DNA of 64,000 nt from a bacterium (lineage in GTDB: Bacteria; Patescibacteriota; Microgenomatia; Levybacterales; UBA12049). Shown piece by piece: positions 30,873-40,539 of this stretch. Both the position numbers and the translations under genes were made by a program. How positions within the stretch are numbered: the stretch's first letter is position 1; every line of letters starts with the position of its first letter. The notes below the pieces were generated by a model that was given only the letters and a program-made list of their open reading frames with translations, was not told the origin of the DNA and searched no databases. The stretch spans positions 8,594-72,593 of the forward strand of contig JAKALS010000004.1 in NCBI GenBank assembly GCA_021813145.1, given 5' to 3'.

Positions 30873-31790
30873 ATGGTCGAACCGACTTTTAAGATAAAAG
30901 AACAAAACGCAACCGATACTTTCGGAGAATTTATTATAGAACCTTTAGAACCCGGATATGGACACACGCTAGGCAACTCTTTAAGAAGAGTTCTTTTGGT
31001 TTCTATTCCCGGAGCAGCGGTTACATCTGTTAAAATTTCAGGCGTAAAACATAAGTTTTCAACTGTCCCCGGTCTTAAAGAAAATGTCGTAGATTTCCTT
31101 CTAAATATAAAAGGACTTAATTTAAGGCTTTTGGATGGTGCTACGGAGGCAACAGTAAAATTATCCGTAAAAGGACCGAAAGAAATTACGGCCAAAGATT
31201 TGGAAACCCCCGAAAATGTAGAAATAGTTAACCCTGACCACTACCTCGGATACTTAAGCGATAAAAAACTGGATATGGAATTGACAGTCGAAAAAGGAAT
31301 GGGATATTCTTTGGCTGAAGAAAGGAAAGTCTCGACTCTTGGAGTACTTTCTACAGACGCAGTATTTACACCTATACGAAGAGTCAACTATGAAGTTTCC
31401 GCAACAAGGGTAGGAAGACAAACAAATTTGGACAGACTCGGTTTGAGTATTTGGACAAATGGCGTGGTAACGCCCAAGGAGGCACTTGAGGAAGCTGCAA
31501 AAATATTAAGTTCTTATTTCTTCCAGGTTTATGAACCTAAATCGGCTCCGGCTTCGGAGGCTCCCGCTGTTCATTCATCTATTCCGGAAGCAACCTTAAA
31601 ACTTACCATAGATGAACTTGATTTACCAACAAGAATATATAATAGCTTAAGAAACGGCGGAATAGAAACATTGGGACAGCTTTTAGAAACTCCGAGAAAA
31701 GACCTCATCTCCATGAGGAATATGGGAGGTAAATCGATTACAGTAATAGAAGAAAAGCTGAGAGAAAAAGGTATAAGTTTAACGGTCTAG
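30873..31790 (+). CDS. rpoA: DNA-directed RNA polymerase alpha subunit
   Basis: 305 aa; NTD + CTD (RIYNSLRNGGIETLGQL). Confidence 0.95.
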   Translation: MVEPTFKIKEQNATDTFGEFIIEPLEPGYGHTLGNSLRRVLLVSIPGAAVTSVKISGVKHKFSTVPGLKENVVDFLLNIKGLNLRLLDGATEATVKLSVKGPKEITAKDLETPENVEIVNPDHYLGYLSDKKLDMELTVEKGMGYSLAEERKVSTLGVLSTDAVFTPIRRVNYEVSATRVGRQTNLDRLGLSIWTNGVVTPKEALEEAAKILSSYFFQVYEPKSAPASEAPAVHSSIPEATLKLTIDELDLPTRIYNSLRNGGIETLGQLLETPRKDLISMRNMGGKSITVIEEKLREKGISLTV

Positions 31791-31886
31791 GGTAAATCCG
31801 AAATTCGAATTTCGAAATTCGAAATGGCTCGACTCCGGTCGAAGAGTTTCGTTTTTCGGGTTTAATATTCGGATTTTTTTGTATTT

Positions 31887-32369
31887 ATGAAGAAAAGTGT
31901 GTACGGACGAAAATTTAAAAGAGATGTAGACGAAAGAAAGGCCTTATTCAAGGGTCTTATGTCCTCGCTTGTGCTTAACGAAAGAATAAAAACAACAGAA
32001 CCCAAAGCAAAAGCGATAAAGGGTGAGGTAGACAAACTCGTTACTAAGGCAAAAAAAGATGGTATATTGGCAAGAAAACTTCTCTCTTCAAAATTAACCC
32101 CGGAGGCAATAGACAAAATGATAAATGATGTATCGAAAAGATTTGATAAAAGACAGGGCGGATATACAAGGACATTAAGGCTGGGAAAAAGATTCGGCGA
32201 TGACGCGACAATGGTAGTTATGGAGTGGACAGAGATATCAAAAGCGGTAGCTGTAGTAGAACCGGAAAAACCCTCCGCTAAACCTGCGCAAGGGCAAGGG
32301 AAAAAGGCAAGTACGGCAAAGAAAGTTTCACCTAGAAAAAGAGCAGTAAAAAAGGAGACTAAAAAATAA
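31887..32369 (+). CDS. rplQ: 50S ribosomal protein L17 with ~35-aa Lys/Ala/Pro-rich C-terminal extension
   Basis: 160 aa; L17 core then low-complexity tail. Confidence 0.9.
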   Translation: MKKSVYGRKFKRDVDERKALFKGLMSSLVLNERIKTTEPKAKAIKGEVDKLVTKAKKDGILARKLLSSKLTPEAIDKMINDVSKRFDKRQGGYTRTLRLGKRFGDDATMVVMEWTEISKAVAVVEPEKPSAKPAQGQGKKASTAKKVSPRKRAVKKETKK

Positions 32370-32794
32370 TGACAAAGGCGACTAAAGCATCGGAAATAAA
32401 AAGAGAATGGCACATAGTTGATATAAAGGATAAGATTTTGGGAAGGGAAGCAACAAAAATAGCAAACCTTCTTATGGGTAAATCGAAACCTAATTTTGTA
32501 AGAAATCTTGACTGCGGAGACAGTGTTGTTGTAATAAATGCCAAAGAGGTAAAAGTTTCCGGAAAAAAGGAAACACTTAAAAAATATTACAGGCACTCCG
32601 GATATCCGGGAGGATTTAAGTCCGAAAGGTTAATCGACTTAAGGCAAAGAAAGCCGGAACTGATTATAATAGAAGCAGTAAAAGGAATGCTCCCTCAAAA
32701 CAGATTAAGGGACCAAATGCTTAAAAGGCTTTTTGTATTTCCGGGGGAAGAGCATACCCATCAGGATAAATTTAAAACAGGAGGTAAAGAATAA
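32369..32794 (+). CDS. rplM: 50S ribosomal protein L13
   Basis: 141 aa; WHIVDIKDKILGR typical. Confidence 0.93.
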   Translation: MTKATKASEIKREWHIVDIKDKILGREATKIANLLMGKSKPNFVRNLDCGDSVVVINAKEVKVSGKKETLKKYYRHSGYPGGFKSERLIDLRQRKPELIIIEAVKGMLPQNRLRDQMLKRLFVFPGEEHTHQDKFKTGGKE

Positions 32795-32852
32795 AAGAGT
32801 TCAGCGATAAGTTTGACTTATCGTTTAATACTAAATTTTTTAAATTTTAAAT

Positions 32853-33317
32853 ATGACAGAAATTGCAGACGAAAGAAAAAATCCGAAAAAAGAATATATT
32901 TTTGCAGTAGGAAAAAATAAAGAAGCAGTGGCAAGATTAAGGTTGTATGAAACTCTTAAATCCGGTCTTACCCTAAACGGAACCGAAGTGGAAAAAGGTA
33001 AGATGTATGTAAACGGCAAAAATATAGAGCAATATTTTGGAGGAGAAGCGGCAAAAGCAAAATTCCTCGAGCCTTTTAGGATAACAAATACTCTTGATAA
33101 ATTCACATTAACATTTAGGGTAAGCGGCGGAGGTAAAGGCGGACAGTTGGACGCAGTGGTTCATGCAATAGCGAGGGCGCTTTCTCTAATGGATATAAAA
33201 AACAGACAGATGCTTAAAAAAAGAGGATTCTTAACAAGAGATGCAAGAGTAAGAGAAAGAAGAAAAGTCGGAATGGGCGGAAAATCAAGAAGACAAAAAC
33301 AAAGTCCCAAGAGGTAA
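32853..33317 (+). CDS. rpsI: 30S ribosomal protein S9
   Basis: 154 aa; C-terminal ...SRRQKQSPKR typical S9 end. Confidence 0.93.
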   Translation: MTEIADERKNPKKEYIFAVGKNKEAVARLRLYETLKSGLTLNGTEVEKGKMYVNGKNIEQYFGGEAAKAKFLEPFRITNTLDKFTLTFRVSGGGKGGQLDAVVHAIARALSLMDIKNRQMLKKRGFLTRDARVRERRKVGMGGKSRRQKQSPKR

Positions 33318-33398
33318 ATCCGTTTAACAGGCGAGAACAAATGCTTAGATGGTATAAATTAGATCCCGGCTTCTAGATCTAATTCCCAGTTTCCACTT

Positions 33399-33740
33399 TC
33401 AGCCATCAATTTCCAGGTATTCTTTTATTGCAACTGCGTTGTTGTGCTCTACGTTTTTTGCTCCGAAGACCAAAGTAACTGTCCCTTTATGTTTTTTGAT
33501 TTCTTCAATCAAGTCTTTTTTTGTTTCTAATTCTTTAAAATATTTTTTTCTAAAGTCGGACCATTTTTCATCTTCGTGATTAAACCATTCACGAAGTTCG
33601 TTAGAAGGACCTATATCTTTTAGCCATAAGTCTATTTTTGCTTCTTCTTTTGAAATCCCTCTTGGCCAAAGCCTGTCTACAAGAATTCTTGTTCCGTCGT
33701 CTTTCGAAGCTTTTTCATAAACTCTTTTAAGGAAAATCAT
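33399..33740 (-). CDS. DUF488 (YeaO-like) family protein
   Basis: 113 aa; RVYE...[14 protein letters not shown]...[15 protein letters not shown] pattern characteristic of DUF488. Confidence 0.6.
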   Translation of the reverse strand: MIFLKRVYEKASKDDGTRILVDRLWPRGISKEEAKIDLWLKDIGPSNELREWFNHEDEKWSDFRKKYFKELETKKDLIEEIKKHKGTVTLVFGAKNVEHNNAVAIKEYLEIDG

Positions 33741-33794
33741 ATAATCTATCTTACACTATCAGTCAATGTTAAAGCCGGATATATGCTATATAGG

Positions 33795-34337
33795 TTAAAG
33801 AAGTTTTTTTTCAATCATTTTTTTGCCCCAAGGGGAAAGGTTTTCAAAGATTCTGGATTTTTTGTTATAAAGTTCTTCTTTTGTTGCAAGGGAATATCCG
33901 TAGGCAAAATCAAGATTTGGTTTTGGAAATTTATTTATCTCTACTATTAAAATATCGCAGTATTCGTGTTCGGTATAAATGCTTTTTGGATCTCTCGATT
34001 TGTAATAGACATATCCCAAGTTTTTTATTTCCCCCCTTAAATCCTCTTCCTTAATATTCCATTCTCTTTTTAAAGAATTGATAACCGCTTCGTTAAGGTT
34101 TTCAAAATCTCCCCTTTTTTGCAGCTGATGGGAAGCAGAGCTTAAATCCAATACCGCGTCGAATGCGGGATGTCGTCTGTGCTGTAAAAGATAATAATTT
34201 TTATAAACAAGAATAACCCCGAAACCTCTATGAAGAACTCCTTTTTTGTGGGCTTCCCATTTTTCTATAAATCCCAGATGTTTCCCCTTTTTATCGACTT
34301 TTTCTATATATTGTTTTTCATCGTAATAGTTTTTCAT
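33795..34337 (-). CDS. Isopentenyl-diphosphate isomerase type 1-like NUDIX-fold protein (His metal ligands present, catalytic Cys position is Ala)
   Basis: 181 aa from internal ATG (MKNYY); alignment by eye to E. coli Idi: H..H and S.SH conserved but NSVCGHP -> SSASHQ; TATAAT box lies inside the longer tracked ORF. Confidence 0.5.
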   Translation of the reverse strand: MKNYYDEKQYIEKVDKKGKHLGFIEKWEAHKKGVLHRGFGVILVYKNYYLLQHRRHPAFDAVLDLSSASHQLQKRGDFENLNEAVINSLKREWNIKEEDLRGEIKNLGYVYYKSRDPKSIYTEHEYCDILIVEINKFPKPNLDFAYGYSLATKEELYNKKSRIFENLSPWGKKMIEKKLL

Positions 34338-34420
34338 AGGTTTGCCCTGAGCCTGGAAATGTATTATAATCCAACGGTTGATAAAATAACAATTCCTCAT
34401 CAACGGGCTGGATAAAAATT

Positions 34421-35194
34421 ATGAAGGAAATTTTTCTGGTAAAACTTGGGGGTTCGGTAATTACGGATAAAAAGACTCCTTATAACGCGAATAAGGACAC
34501 TATAAGGCGTTTGGCAAAAGAAATTCTCCAAAGTAAAAAAAATGTTGTTATTGCCCATGGCAGCGGCAGCTTCGGCCATCCTTCTGCCGTTAAATACGGA
34601 GGTAAAAAAGGTTATAAGAGTAAATTAGGGCTTGCAAAAGTTGCCAGAGACGCAATGGAGATAAACAGGATTGTAATGGAGATTCTGGTAGAAGAGGGTT
34701 TGCCCGCTGTTTCTTTCCGGCCCATGAGTATGGTTTTCTCCGAAAAAGGAAAGACAAAAGAAAATTTTTTCCAAGTTATAAAAGCTGCGGTTTCACAGGG
34801 GTTTATTCCTGTTGTTTACGGGGATGTAATTATGGATAAAAACTGGAAAACAACAATTCATTCCGGAGAAAATACATTAAATGAAATAGGAATTTATCTT
34901 AGAAAAAACGGATTTTTGGTAAATAGGATAATACAGGCCGGAAAAACAAGCGGAGTTTACGACGGCAACGGAAAAACAATTCCCCAGATTTCTAAAAATA
35001 CCTGGCCTAAATTTAAAAAATTTGTAAATAAATTAAAAGTAAAAGACGTAACGGGAGGAATGCTTCATAAAATTGAAGAATCTCTGCAAATGACAGAATT
35101 TGGAATTACAACAATCCTTGTTAACGGAGAAACAAAAAAGGAATTATTAAAAGCTCTTGCAGGCAAAAAGGTTGAAGGAACCTTAATTAAATAA
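34421..35194 (+). CDS. Isopentenyl phosphate kinase (amino-acid-kinase fold)
   Basis: LVKLGGSVITDK ... VIAHGSGSFGHP motifs characteristic of IPK. Confidence 0.75.
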   Translation: MKEIFLVKLGGSVITDKKTPYNANKDTIRRLAKEILQSKKNVVIAHGSGSFGHPSAVKYGGKKGYKSKLGLAKVARDAMEINRIVMEILVEEGLPAVSFRPMSMVFSEKGKTKENFFQVIKAAVSQGFIPVVYGDVIMDKNWKTTIHSGENTLNEIGIYLRKNGFLVNRIIQAGKTSGVYDGNGKTIPQISKNTWPKFKKFVNKLKVKDVTGGMLHKIEESLQMTEFGITTILVNGETKKELLKALAGKKVEGTLIK

Positions 35195-35853
35195 TGGCAG
35201 TAGAAAGAATCGGAGATTCTCTTAGGGAAGAGTCAGGAATTGAACGGGAAGTCGTTCAAAGCGCCGGAGTGGCGCTTTTAATAGTAGGTTTTGATCCTTT
35301 AAAAAACGGAGATAATATAACGGATCCCCTTATCTGGACAATAACCGAACTTCAGGATAAACCCGAAACACAAAAAAGGGCAGGAGACACTTCTATTCCA
35401 TCAGAAACAAGAAAACAAAATGAAACAAGAACACAGAATATTTTGGGAGCTTTGGCTGAATTTTGTGATGAAGGCTGCGTAGGCGGATTAAGCAGACATT
35501 TATTTTTTGCCCCCGGTTCTTATAAGGATGAAGCAATTTCTATAAACGGCAATCTTGTAGATATCGGCGTTTTGGTTTACGACGGTCCTTTAGATGTTTT
35601 TTTTAATCCCCAAAACTGCGAGGAGGTCTCGGGAAACGGATGGCAAAAAAGAAGCGTTATCGAGCAAGGAGAAAATATAAGAAGTGTTTTAAGGCTTGCG
35701 CTGGAGGAGGATAAAAAAGAGGGTTTAACAAGAAAGGCACTCGAGACGTACTATGCAAATTCCGGGATACAAATAGTCCCGGAAGGTTTTTCTATAAGAA
35801 ATTATTACCAAGCAAGAGAAAGCCGAAAGGACCTTACCCTTAAAAAAGGTTAA
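35194..35853 (+). CDS. Hypothetical protein (219 aa) translationally coupled to IPK (TAATG)
   Basis: ORF only; no recognisable motif; operon context with isoprenoid genes. Confidence 0.5.
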   Translation: MAVERIGDSLREESGIEREVVQSAGVALLIVGFDPLKNGDNITDPLIWTITELQDKPETQKRAGDTSIPSETRKQNETRTQNILGALAEFCDEGCVGGLSRHLFFAPGSYKDEAISINGNLVDIGVLVYDGPLDVFFNPQNCEEVSGNGWQKRSVIEQGENIRSVLRLALEEDKKEGLTRKALETYYANSGIQIVPEGFSIRNYYQARESRKDLTLKKG

Positions 35854-36914
35854 TTCTGTCTTATCCTCATTGATTCTATGAGTATTAAACAAATTTCCTT
35901 GCATTCTTCCGGCAGAAGAGAATTTTCTATTATTTTTTTTGCTTCATTTAAATTTTTAAGAATTTCCAGTTTTCCTTCTTCTATAGCTCTTGATTTCTCA
36001 AAAATTTCTATAACTTCTTTCTGCTCATTATCTTTTAATTCTTTTCCGAAATATTTTAATAATTTTTCTTTTTGTTGTTTTGTTCCTTTTTCAAAAACAT
36101 AATCCGTAAAAAAAGTATGCTGGTGTTCGGCAATATCCCTTAGAGTATTTTTCTCCAATATTTTAGGGTCTCCTACAATATCCAGCAAATCGTCCTGCAT
36201 TTGGAAAGCAATTCCTAGCCTAGTCCCCAGCTCTTCGCAAAAAGCGTCCATATTGCTGTTGGGGTTTGCTAGATGGGCTCCTATTTGCATGGGCCTGACA
36301 AAGGTGTAGCGGGAAGTTTTAAGCCTTGTTTTATCCTCAATTAAGTTTTTCTTTGCCTTTTTTCTTGTTGCTATATCTATATCCAGAATCTGGCCGAAAC
36401 ATAATTCGTCCACCATTTTGTAAAAATAATTTTGGCTGCTGTTGAGATTTTCCTTTGGAAAATTTTTGTTTCCCAGGAAAAGTTCCATTGCCCAGGAAAA
36501 AAAGAGGTCTCCCATCAGTATCCCCTGGGCGTTTGAGGCGTTTTCCAGATCTCCCGTTCTTTTTTCTTCCTTAAGCCTTTTTAAAACAAAAGCGGGAATT
36601 GTATCCACGCCGTGTCTTTTGTATTGTTTATCCATTATGTCGTCGTGGATCAATGCAAAGTTATGAAATATTTCCAAAGAAACAAAAAGTTTTAATGCGT
36701 TTTGTATATCTTTTCCTCCGTTTGCCGTGTACATTACATAGGCAATGTACGGCCTTATCCTTTTTCCTCCGGCCATTGTTAATTTTTCCGAGTATTCTAT
36801 AAAATCTTTTATGAAATTATCTGAAGAATTAGACGAAAACTTCTTAAGCCTTTGTTCGAGAAAATTTTTTAGTATGGGGTCGAAGACCTGCTTAAATTCC
36901 TGTAGGTTATACAT
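35850..36914 (-). CDS. Polyprenyl (geranylgeranyl/farnesyl) diphosphate synthase; start moved to ATG 36914 because tracked start 37001 runs through tRNA-Pro
   Basis: FARM FALIHDDIMD and SARM MQDDLLD motifs. Confidence 0.85.
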   Translation of the reverse strand: MYNLQEFKQVFDPILKNFLEQRLKKFSSNSSDNFIKDFIEYSEKLTMAGGKRIRPYIAYVMYTANGGKDIQNALKLFVSLEIFHNFALIHDDIMDKQYKRHGVDTIPAFVLKRLKEEKRTGDLENASNAQGILMGDLFFSWAMELFLGNKNFPKENLNSSQNYFYKMVDELCFGQILDIDIATRKKAKKNLIEDKTRLKTSRYTFVRPMQIGAHLANPNSNMDAFCEELGTRLGIAFQMQDDLLDIVGDPKILEKNTLRDIAEHQHTFFTDYVFEKGTKQQKEKLLKYFGKELKDNEQKEVIEIFEKSRAIEEGKLEILKNLNEAKKIIENSLLPEECKEICLILIESMRIRQN

Positions 36915-36920
36915 AAAAAG

Positions 36921-36991
36921 TCGGGGTGCCGAGAATTGAACTCGGCCCACACGCACCCCATGCGCGCATTCTACCGATAAACTACACCCCG
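36921..36991 (-). tRNA. tRNA-Pro (anticodon GGG)
   Basis: Hand-folded cloverleaf: 7-bp acceptor CGGGGUG/CACCCCG with C1-G72 and A73 (bacterial Pro identity), anticodon loop AUGGGGU, T-arm CCGAG-UUCAAUU-CUCGG. Confidence 0.8.
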
Positions 36992-37086
36992 TTTGTGCCA
37001 TTGAATTATATCAAAAAAAGTCCAGGCATGGTACAGTTTGACCTATTGTATTTTGTTAGAGTTTTGTTCTACAATATTTCAGAAAT

Positions 37087-38181
37087 ATGGCAAGGGCGGC
37101 AGGAAATTCTCATAAGACCTCTAACGAACCTTCGGAAGGCGCGCAAAAACTGGAAGCGGTGAAGCTTGCAATGGAACAAATAGAAAAGCAGTATGGGCGT
37201 GGTTCCATAATGCGATTCGGAGAAGCAGGCAATAAACTCGACATTTCCGTTATCTCCACAGGATGTCTTCCCCTGGATTTGGCTCTCGGAGTAGGCGGAG
37301 TGCCAAGAGGAAGAATCATAGAAATCTTCGGCCCCGAAGCTTCGGGAAAAACAACGGTTTGTCTGTCAATTATTGCACAGGCGCAAAAACACGGAGGAGT
37401 CGCGGCATTCATAGATGCGGAGCACGCCCTTGATCCGCTTTGGGCAGAACAAATAGGAGTAAAACTTGATGAACTTCTTATTTCCCAGCCCGACACGGGA
37501 GAACAGGCATTGGAAATTGCTGAAAGCCTTATTCGAAGCGGAGGAATAGACGTTTTGGTCATAGACTCGGTAGCTGCTTTAGTACCGAGGGCGGAACTTG
37601 AGGGCGAAATGGGAGAAGCGGCAATCGGACTTCAGGCAAGGCTTATGTCGCAGGCTTTAAGAAAATTAACAGCCGTTATTTCCAAATCAAAAACAGTAGT
37701 CATTTTTACAAATCAACTAAGGCAAAAAATCGGAGTGATGTTTGGAAATCCCGAAACAACAACAGGAGGACTGGCACTTAAATTTTATTCTTCAGTTAGA
37801 ATGGATATTCGAAAAATAGAAACAATAAAAGATGCGGATAAGGCAGTTGGTTCAAGGCATAGGGTGAAAGTTGTAAAAAATAAAGTTTCTTCGCCCTTTA
37901 GGATTGCGGAATTCGATGTTATGGCGGACACCGGAATTTCAAGGGAAGGCGGAATAATGGACGTAGGAGTTGAGATGGGAATTATACAAAAATCCGGTGC
38001 ATTTTTCAGATACGGAGAACAAATGCTGGGTCAGGGAAAACAGGCCGCAATTTTATATCTTAGAGAAAAACCGGATCTTGCCAAAAAAATAGCGGATGAG
38101 ATAATTAAAAGAAGTAAAACAAATACACCTGTTGAAGTAGGAGTTGAGAATGAAGAAAAAGACAGCGAAGACTCCGAGTGA
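37087..38181 (+). CDS. recA: Recombinase RecA
   Basis: 364 aa; GPEASGKTT Walker A, typical RecA core, acidic C-tail. Confidence 0.97.
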   Translation: MARAAGNSHKTSNEPSEGAQKLEAVKLAMEQIEKQYGRGSIMRFGEAGNKLDISVISTGCLPLDLALGVGGVPRGRIIEIFGPEASGKTTVCLSIIAQAQKHGGVAAFIDAEHALDPLWAEQIGVKLDELLISQPDTGEQALEIAESLIRSGGIDVLVIDSVAALVPRAELEGEMGEAAIGLQARLMSQALRKLTAVISKSKTVVIFTNQLRQKIGVMFGNPETTTGGLALKFYSSVRMDIRKIETIKDADKAVGSRHRVKVVKNKVSSPFRIAEFDVMADTGISREGGIMDVGVEMGIIQKSGAFFRYGEQMLGQGKQAAILYLREKPDLAKKIADEIIKRSKTNTPVEVGVENEEKDSEDSE

Positions 38182-38674
38182 AGATTTTGAAATAAACCTC
38201 AATAGAGCATTGCGTTATCTCTCATATAGGGCAAGAAGTGAAAAGGAAATAGTTACATATCTCAATAAAAGAATTAAGATTCAAGACTTAAAAATTAAGA
38301 ATGGAATGATAGAAAAGATAAGAAATAGACTAAGGGAATTAAGATTAATAGATGACGAAGGGTTTGCAAGAATGTGGGCAGAGAACAGAAAAACAAAAGC
38401 ATGGAGAGTTGTAAAAATGGAATTAAGGCAAAAAGGAATATCCGAAGATACAATTCAGAATTTAGAATTTAGAGGTCAGAATGACGATAACCAACCGGAA
38501 TTAAAGATTTTAAATGATGAGGAGAAGGCAAAGAAACTTGCGGAAAAAAGAATGGAAAGATATAAAGAATTGCCGAAGAACGAAATATACCAAAAAATGG
38601 GAAGATATTTGGCTTTAAAAGGATTTGACTGGGACACAATAAAAAGGGTAATTGACGGAATTTTTTCTAAATAG
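38144..38674 (+). CDS. recX: Regulatory protein RecX
   Basis: [18 protein letters not shown]... three-helix repeat pattern of RecX; overlaps recA 3' end. Confidence 0.8.
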   Translation: MRMKKKTAKTPSEDFEINLNRALRYLSYRARSEKEIVTYLNKRIKIQDLKIKNGMIEKIRNRLRELRLIDDEGFARMWAENRKTKAWRVVKMELRQKGISEDTIQNLEFRGQNDDNQPELKILNDEEKAKKLAEKRMERYKELPKNEIYQKMGRYLALKGFDWDTIKRVIDGIFSK

Positions 38675-38710
38675 TATAATTAACAGTACTTAGGACACCG
38701 GAAGGTTTTT

Positions 38711-38764
38711 ATGAAAAAGCTAAATACTTTTCTTCAGAAACTCTTAAAAAGGCTTAAAATATAA
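38711..38764 (+). CDS. Possible 17-aa Lys/Leu-rich small ORF (MKKLNTFLQKLLKRLKI) with GGAAGG SD; 3' end overlaps terminator-like hairpin AAGGCTT-(7)-AAGCCTT
   Basis: Seen in sequence only; no homology evidence. Confidence 0.25.
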   Translation: MKKLNTFLQKLLKRLKI

Positions 38765-38793
38765 GCCTTTCTTTGTTGTGTCCTCATTAATAT

Positions 38794-40056
38794 ATGGCAG
38801 ATCAAGATTTAGTAGCACTCGAAAAAAAACTTCTTGAAAGACAGGAAGCATTAGACAGACAAAAAGAAGAATTAGAAAAAGAAGATAAAGAAATACAAAG
38901 ACTTAAAGACGAATACAGGGAAAAACTCTCGAAAGCTTCGGGTCTGACCGCGGAAGAAGCAAAAAAAGAACTCCTTAAAGAGACCGAAGATAAAGAAGCA
39001 TCTGCAGTTGCAAAACTCATTAAAGAAAAAGAGGAAGAAGCAAAATTGACCGCGGATAAAAAATCCCGCGAAATTCTGGTGGATAGTATGCGACACGGAG
39101 CTCTTAACTACATTGCGGAATACACGGTTTCGGAAGTAAAAATCCCCGATGAGGAATTAAAGGGAAGAATTATCGGAAAAGAAGGAAGAAACATAAGAGC
39201 CTTCGAGCAGGCAACCGGAGTAGATGTAGACCTTGATGAAGAAGGAGTAATAAGACTTTCTTCGTTTGACCAGGTAAGAAGGGAAGTGGCAAGAAGGTCT
39301 TTGGAGATATTAATAAAAGATACAAGAATACAGCCTTTTAGGATAGAAGAAATAGTTGAACAGACAAGAAAAGAAGTAGAAAAAATAATGCTCGAAGAGG
39401 GAGAAAAACTTGCTCACGAAGTAGGAGTTTACAATCTTCAACCAGAATTATTGGCCGTTTTGGGGAGATTTAAATTCAGGACCTCTTACGGACAGAACTT
39501 AATAGTACATACGCTTGAAGATACAAAAATCGGAACCCATATAGCGGAAGAAATTGGAGCAAATGTAAATGTTGTAAAACTTGGGTGTCTTTTCCATGAC
39601 ATAGGAAAAGTTGTAGAGGGCGAAGGAAGCCATGTAAAACTCGGCGTTGAGCTTCTTAAAAAATTCAATATTCCTGAGCCTATTGTAAACTGCGTTGCGG
39701 AACACCATGAAGATATTCCTTTCTCTTCCGTAGAATCGGTAATAGTCCATATTGCAGACTCAATTTCGGGGGCAAGACCCGGAGCAAGATACGAAGATGT
39801 CGAAGAATACGGAAAAAGATTAAGAGAAATGGAAGAAATAGCAAAGAAACACGACGGAGTAGAAGACGCGTATGCATTCGAAGCGGGAAGGGAGTTAAGG
39901 GTTATTATAAATCCGGGAAAACTCGATGACGCGCAGACAACAATAGTAGCATCCCAGATACGCGACGAATTAAGCAAATCTCAGGCCGTTCCGGGAGAAA
40001 TAAAAGTAACCGCGATAAGGGAATTCAGGGCAGTAGCATCGGAATTTTCCTCGTAA
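38794..40056 (+). CDS. rny: Ribonuclease Y (KH + HD domains; no N-terminal TM helix)
   Basis: GRIIGKEGRNIRAFEQATGVDVDLD KH motif; HTLEDTKIGTHIAEEIGANVNVVKLGCLFHDIGK HD motif. Confidence 0.88.
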   Translation: MADQDLVALEKKLLERQEALDRQKEELEKEDKEIQRLKDEYREKLSKASGLTAEEAKKELLKETEDKEASAVAKLIKEKEEEAKLTADKKSREILVDSMRHGALNYIAEYTVSEVKIPDEELKGRIIGKEGRNIRAFEQATGVDVDLDEEGVIRLSSFDQVRREVARRSLEILIKDTRIQPFRIEEIVEQTRKEVEKIMLEEGEKLAHEVGVYNLQPELLAVLGRFKFRTSYGQNLIVHTLEDTKIGTHIAEEIGANVNVVKLGCLFHDIGKVVEGEGSHVKLGVELLKKFNIPEPIVNCVAEHHEDIPFSSVESVIVHIADSISGARPGARYEDVEEYGKRLREMEEIAKKHDGVEDAYAFEAGRELRVIINPGKLDDAQTTIVASQIRDELSKSQAVPGEIKVTAIREFRAVASEFSS

Positions 40057-40239
40057 GTCTTGCTCGGTAGTTCGAAAGTAAACTGCCTCTCAGCTTCAAT
40101 AGATTTACTCCTTGACAAATGCGTCGATTACATTGTATTGTTAAGCTAATCTAATAGCCACTAGTGATTAGCTACTAGCCTTTAGTTTTAACTGATCGCC
40201 AGTTGCAGTTGCTAAATGCTGAAAGCGGGGTGAATAAAA

Positions 40240-40512
40240 ATGACAAAAAAAGATTTAATCGAATTAGTTGCAAAAAAATCAAATCTTACAAACAAAGCTG
40301 CTAGAGATTCTGTTCAGGCTTTTCTTAATGGAATAAGGGATTCTCTTAAAAGAGGAGAAAAAGTTGTAATCACGGGATTCGGCACATTTTCTGTAAGAAA
40401 AAGAGCAACAAGACCCGGAAGAAACCCAAAGACCGGAGCAAAAATCACTATCGAGGCAAGAAAGGCTCCAGGTTTTACTCCCGGAAAAACTCTCAAAAAG
40501 GCAGTCCGCTAA
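40240..40512 (+). CDS. hup: DNA-binding protein HU
   Basis: 90 aa; GFGTFSVRKRATRPGRNPKTG arm motif. Confidence 0.95.
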   Translation: MTKKDLIELVAKKSNLTNKAARDSVQAFLNGIRDSLKRGEKVVITGFGTFSVRKRATRPGRNPKTGAKITIEARKAPGFTPGKTLKKAVR

Positions 40513-40539
40513 GGATTCTGATATAATATAGAAGCTCTT

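Noticed and set aside
31795-31830. CRISPR-like short repeats
   Set aside because: Only 7-nt units forming a palindrome, no spacers of regular length; no cas genes in window.
34338-34403. Longer start (34403) for IDI-like gene
   Set aside because: A TATAAT box and probable -35 lie inside the extension; internal Met gives length matching IDI-1 (about 181 aa).
36915-37001. Longer start (37001) for polyprenyl synthase
   Set aside because: Would translate through tRNA-Pro on same strand; internal ATG 36914 gives conserved N-terminus.
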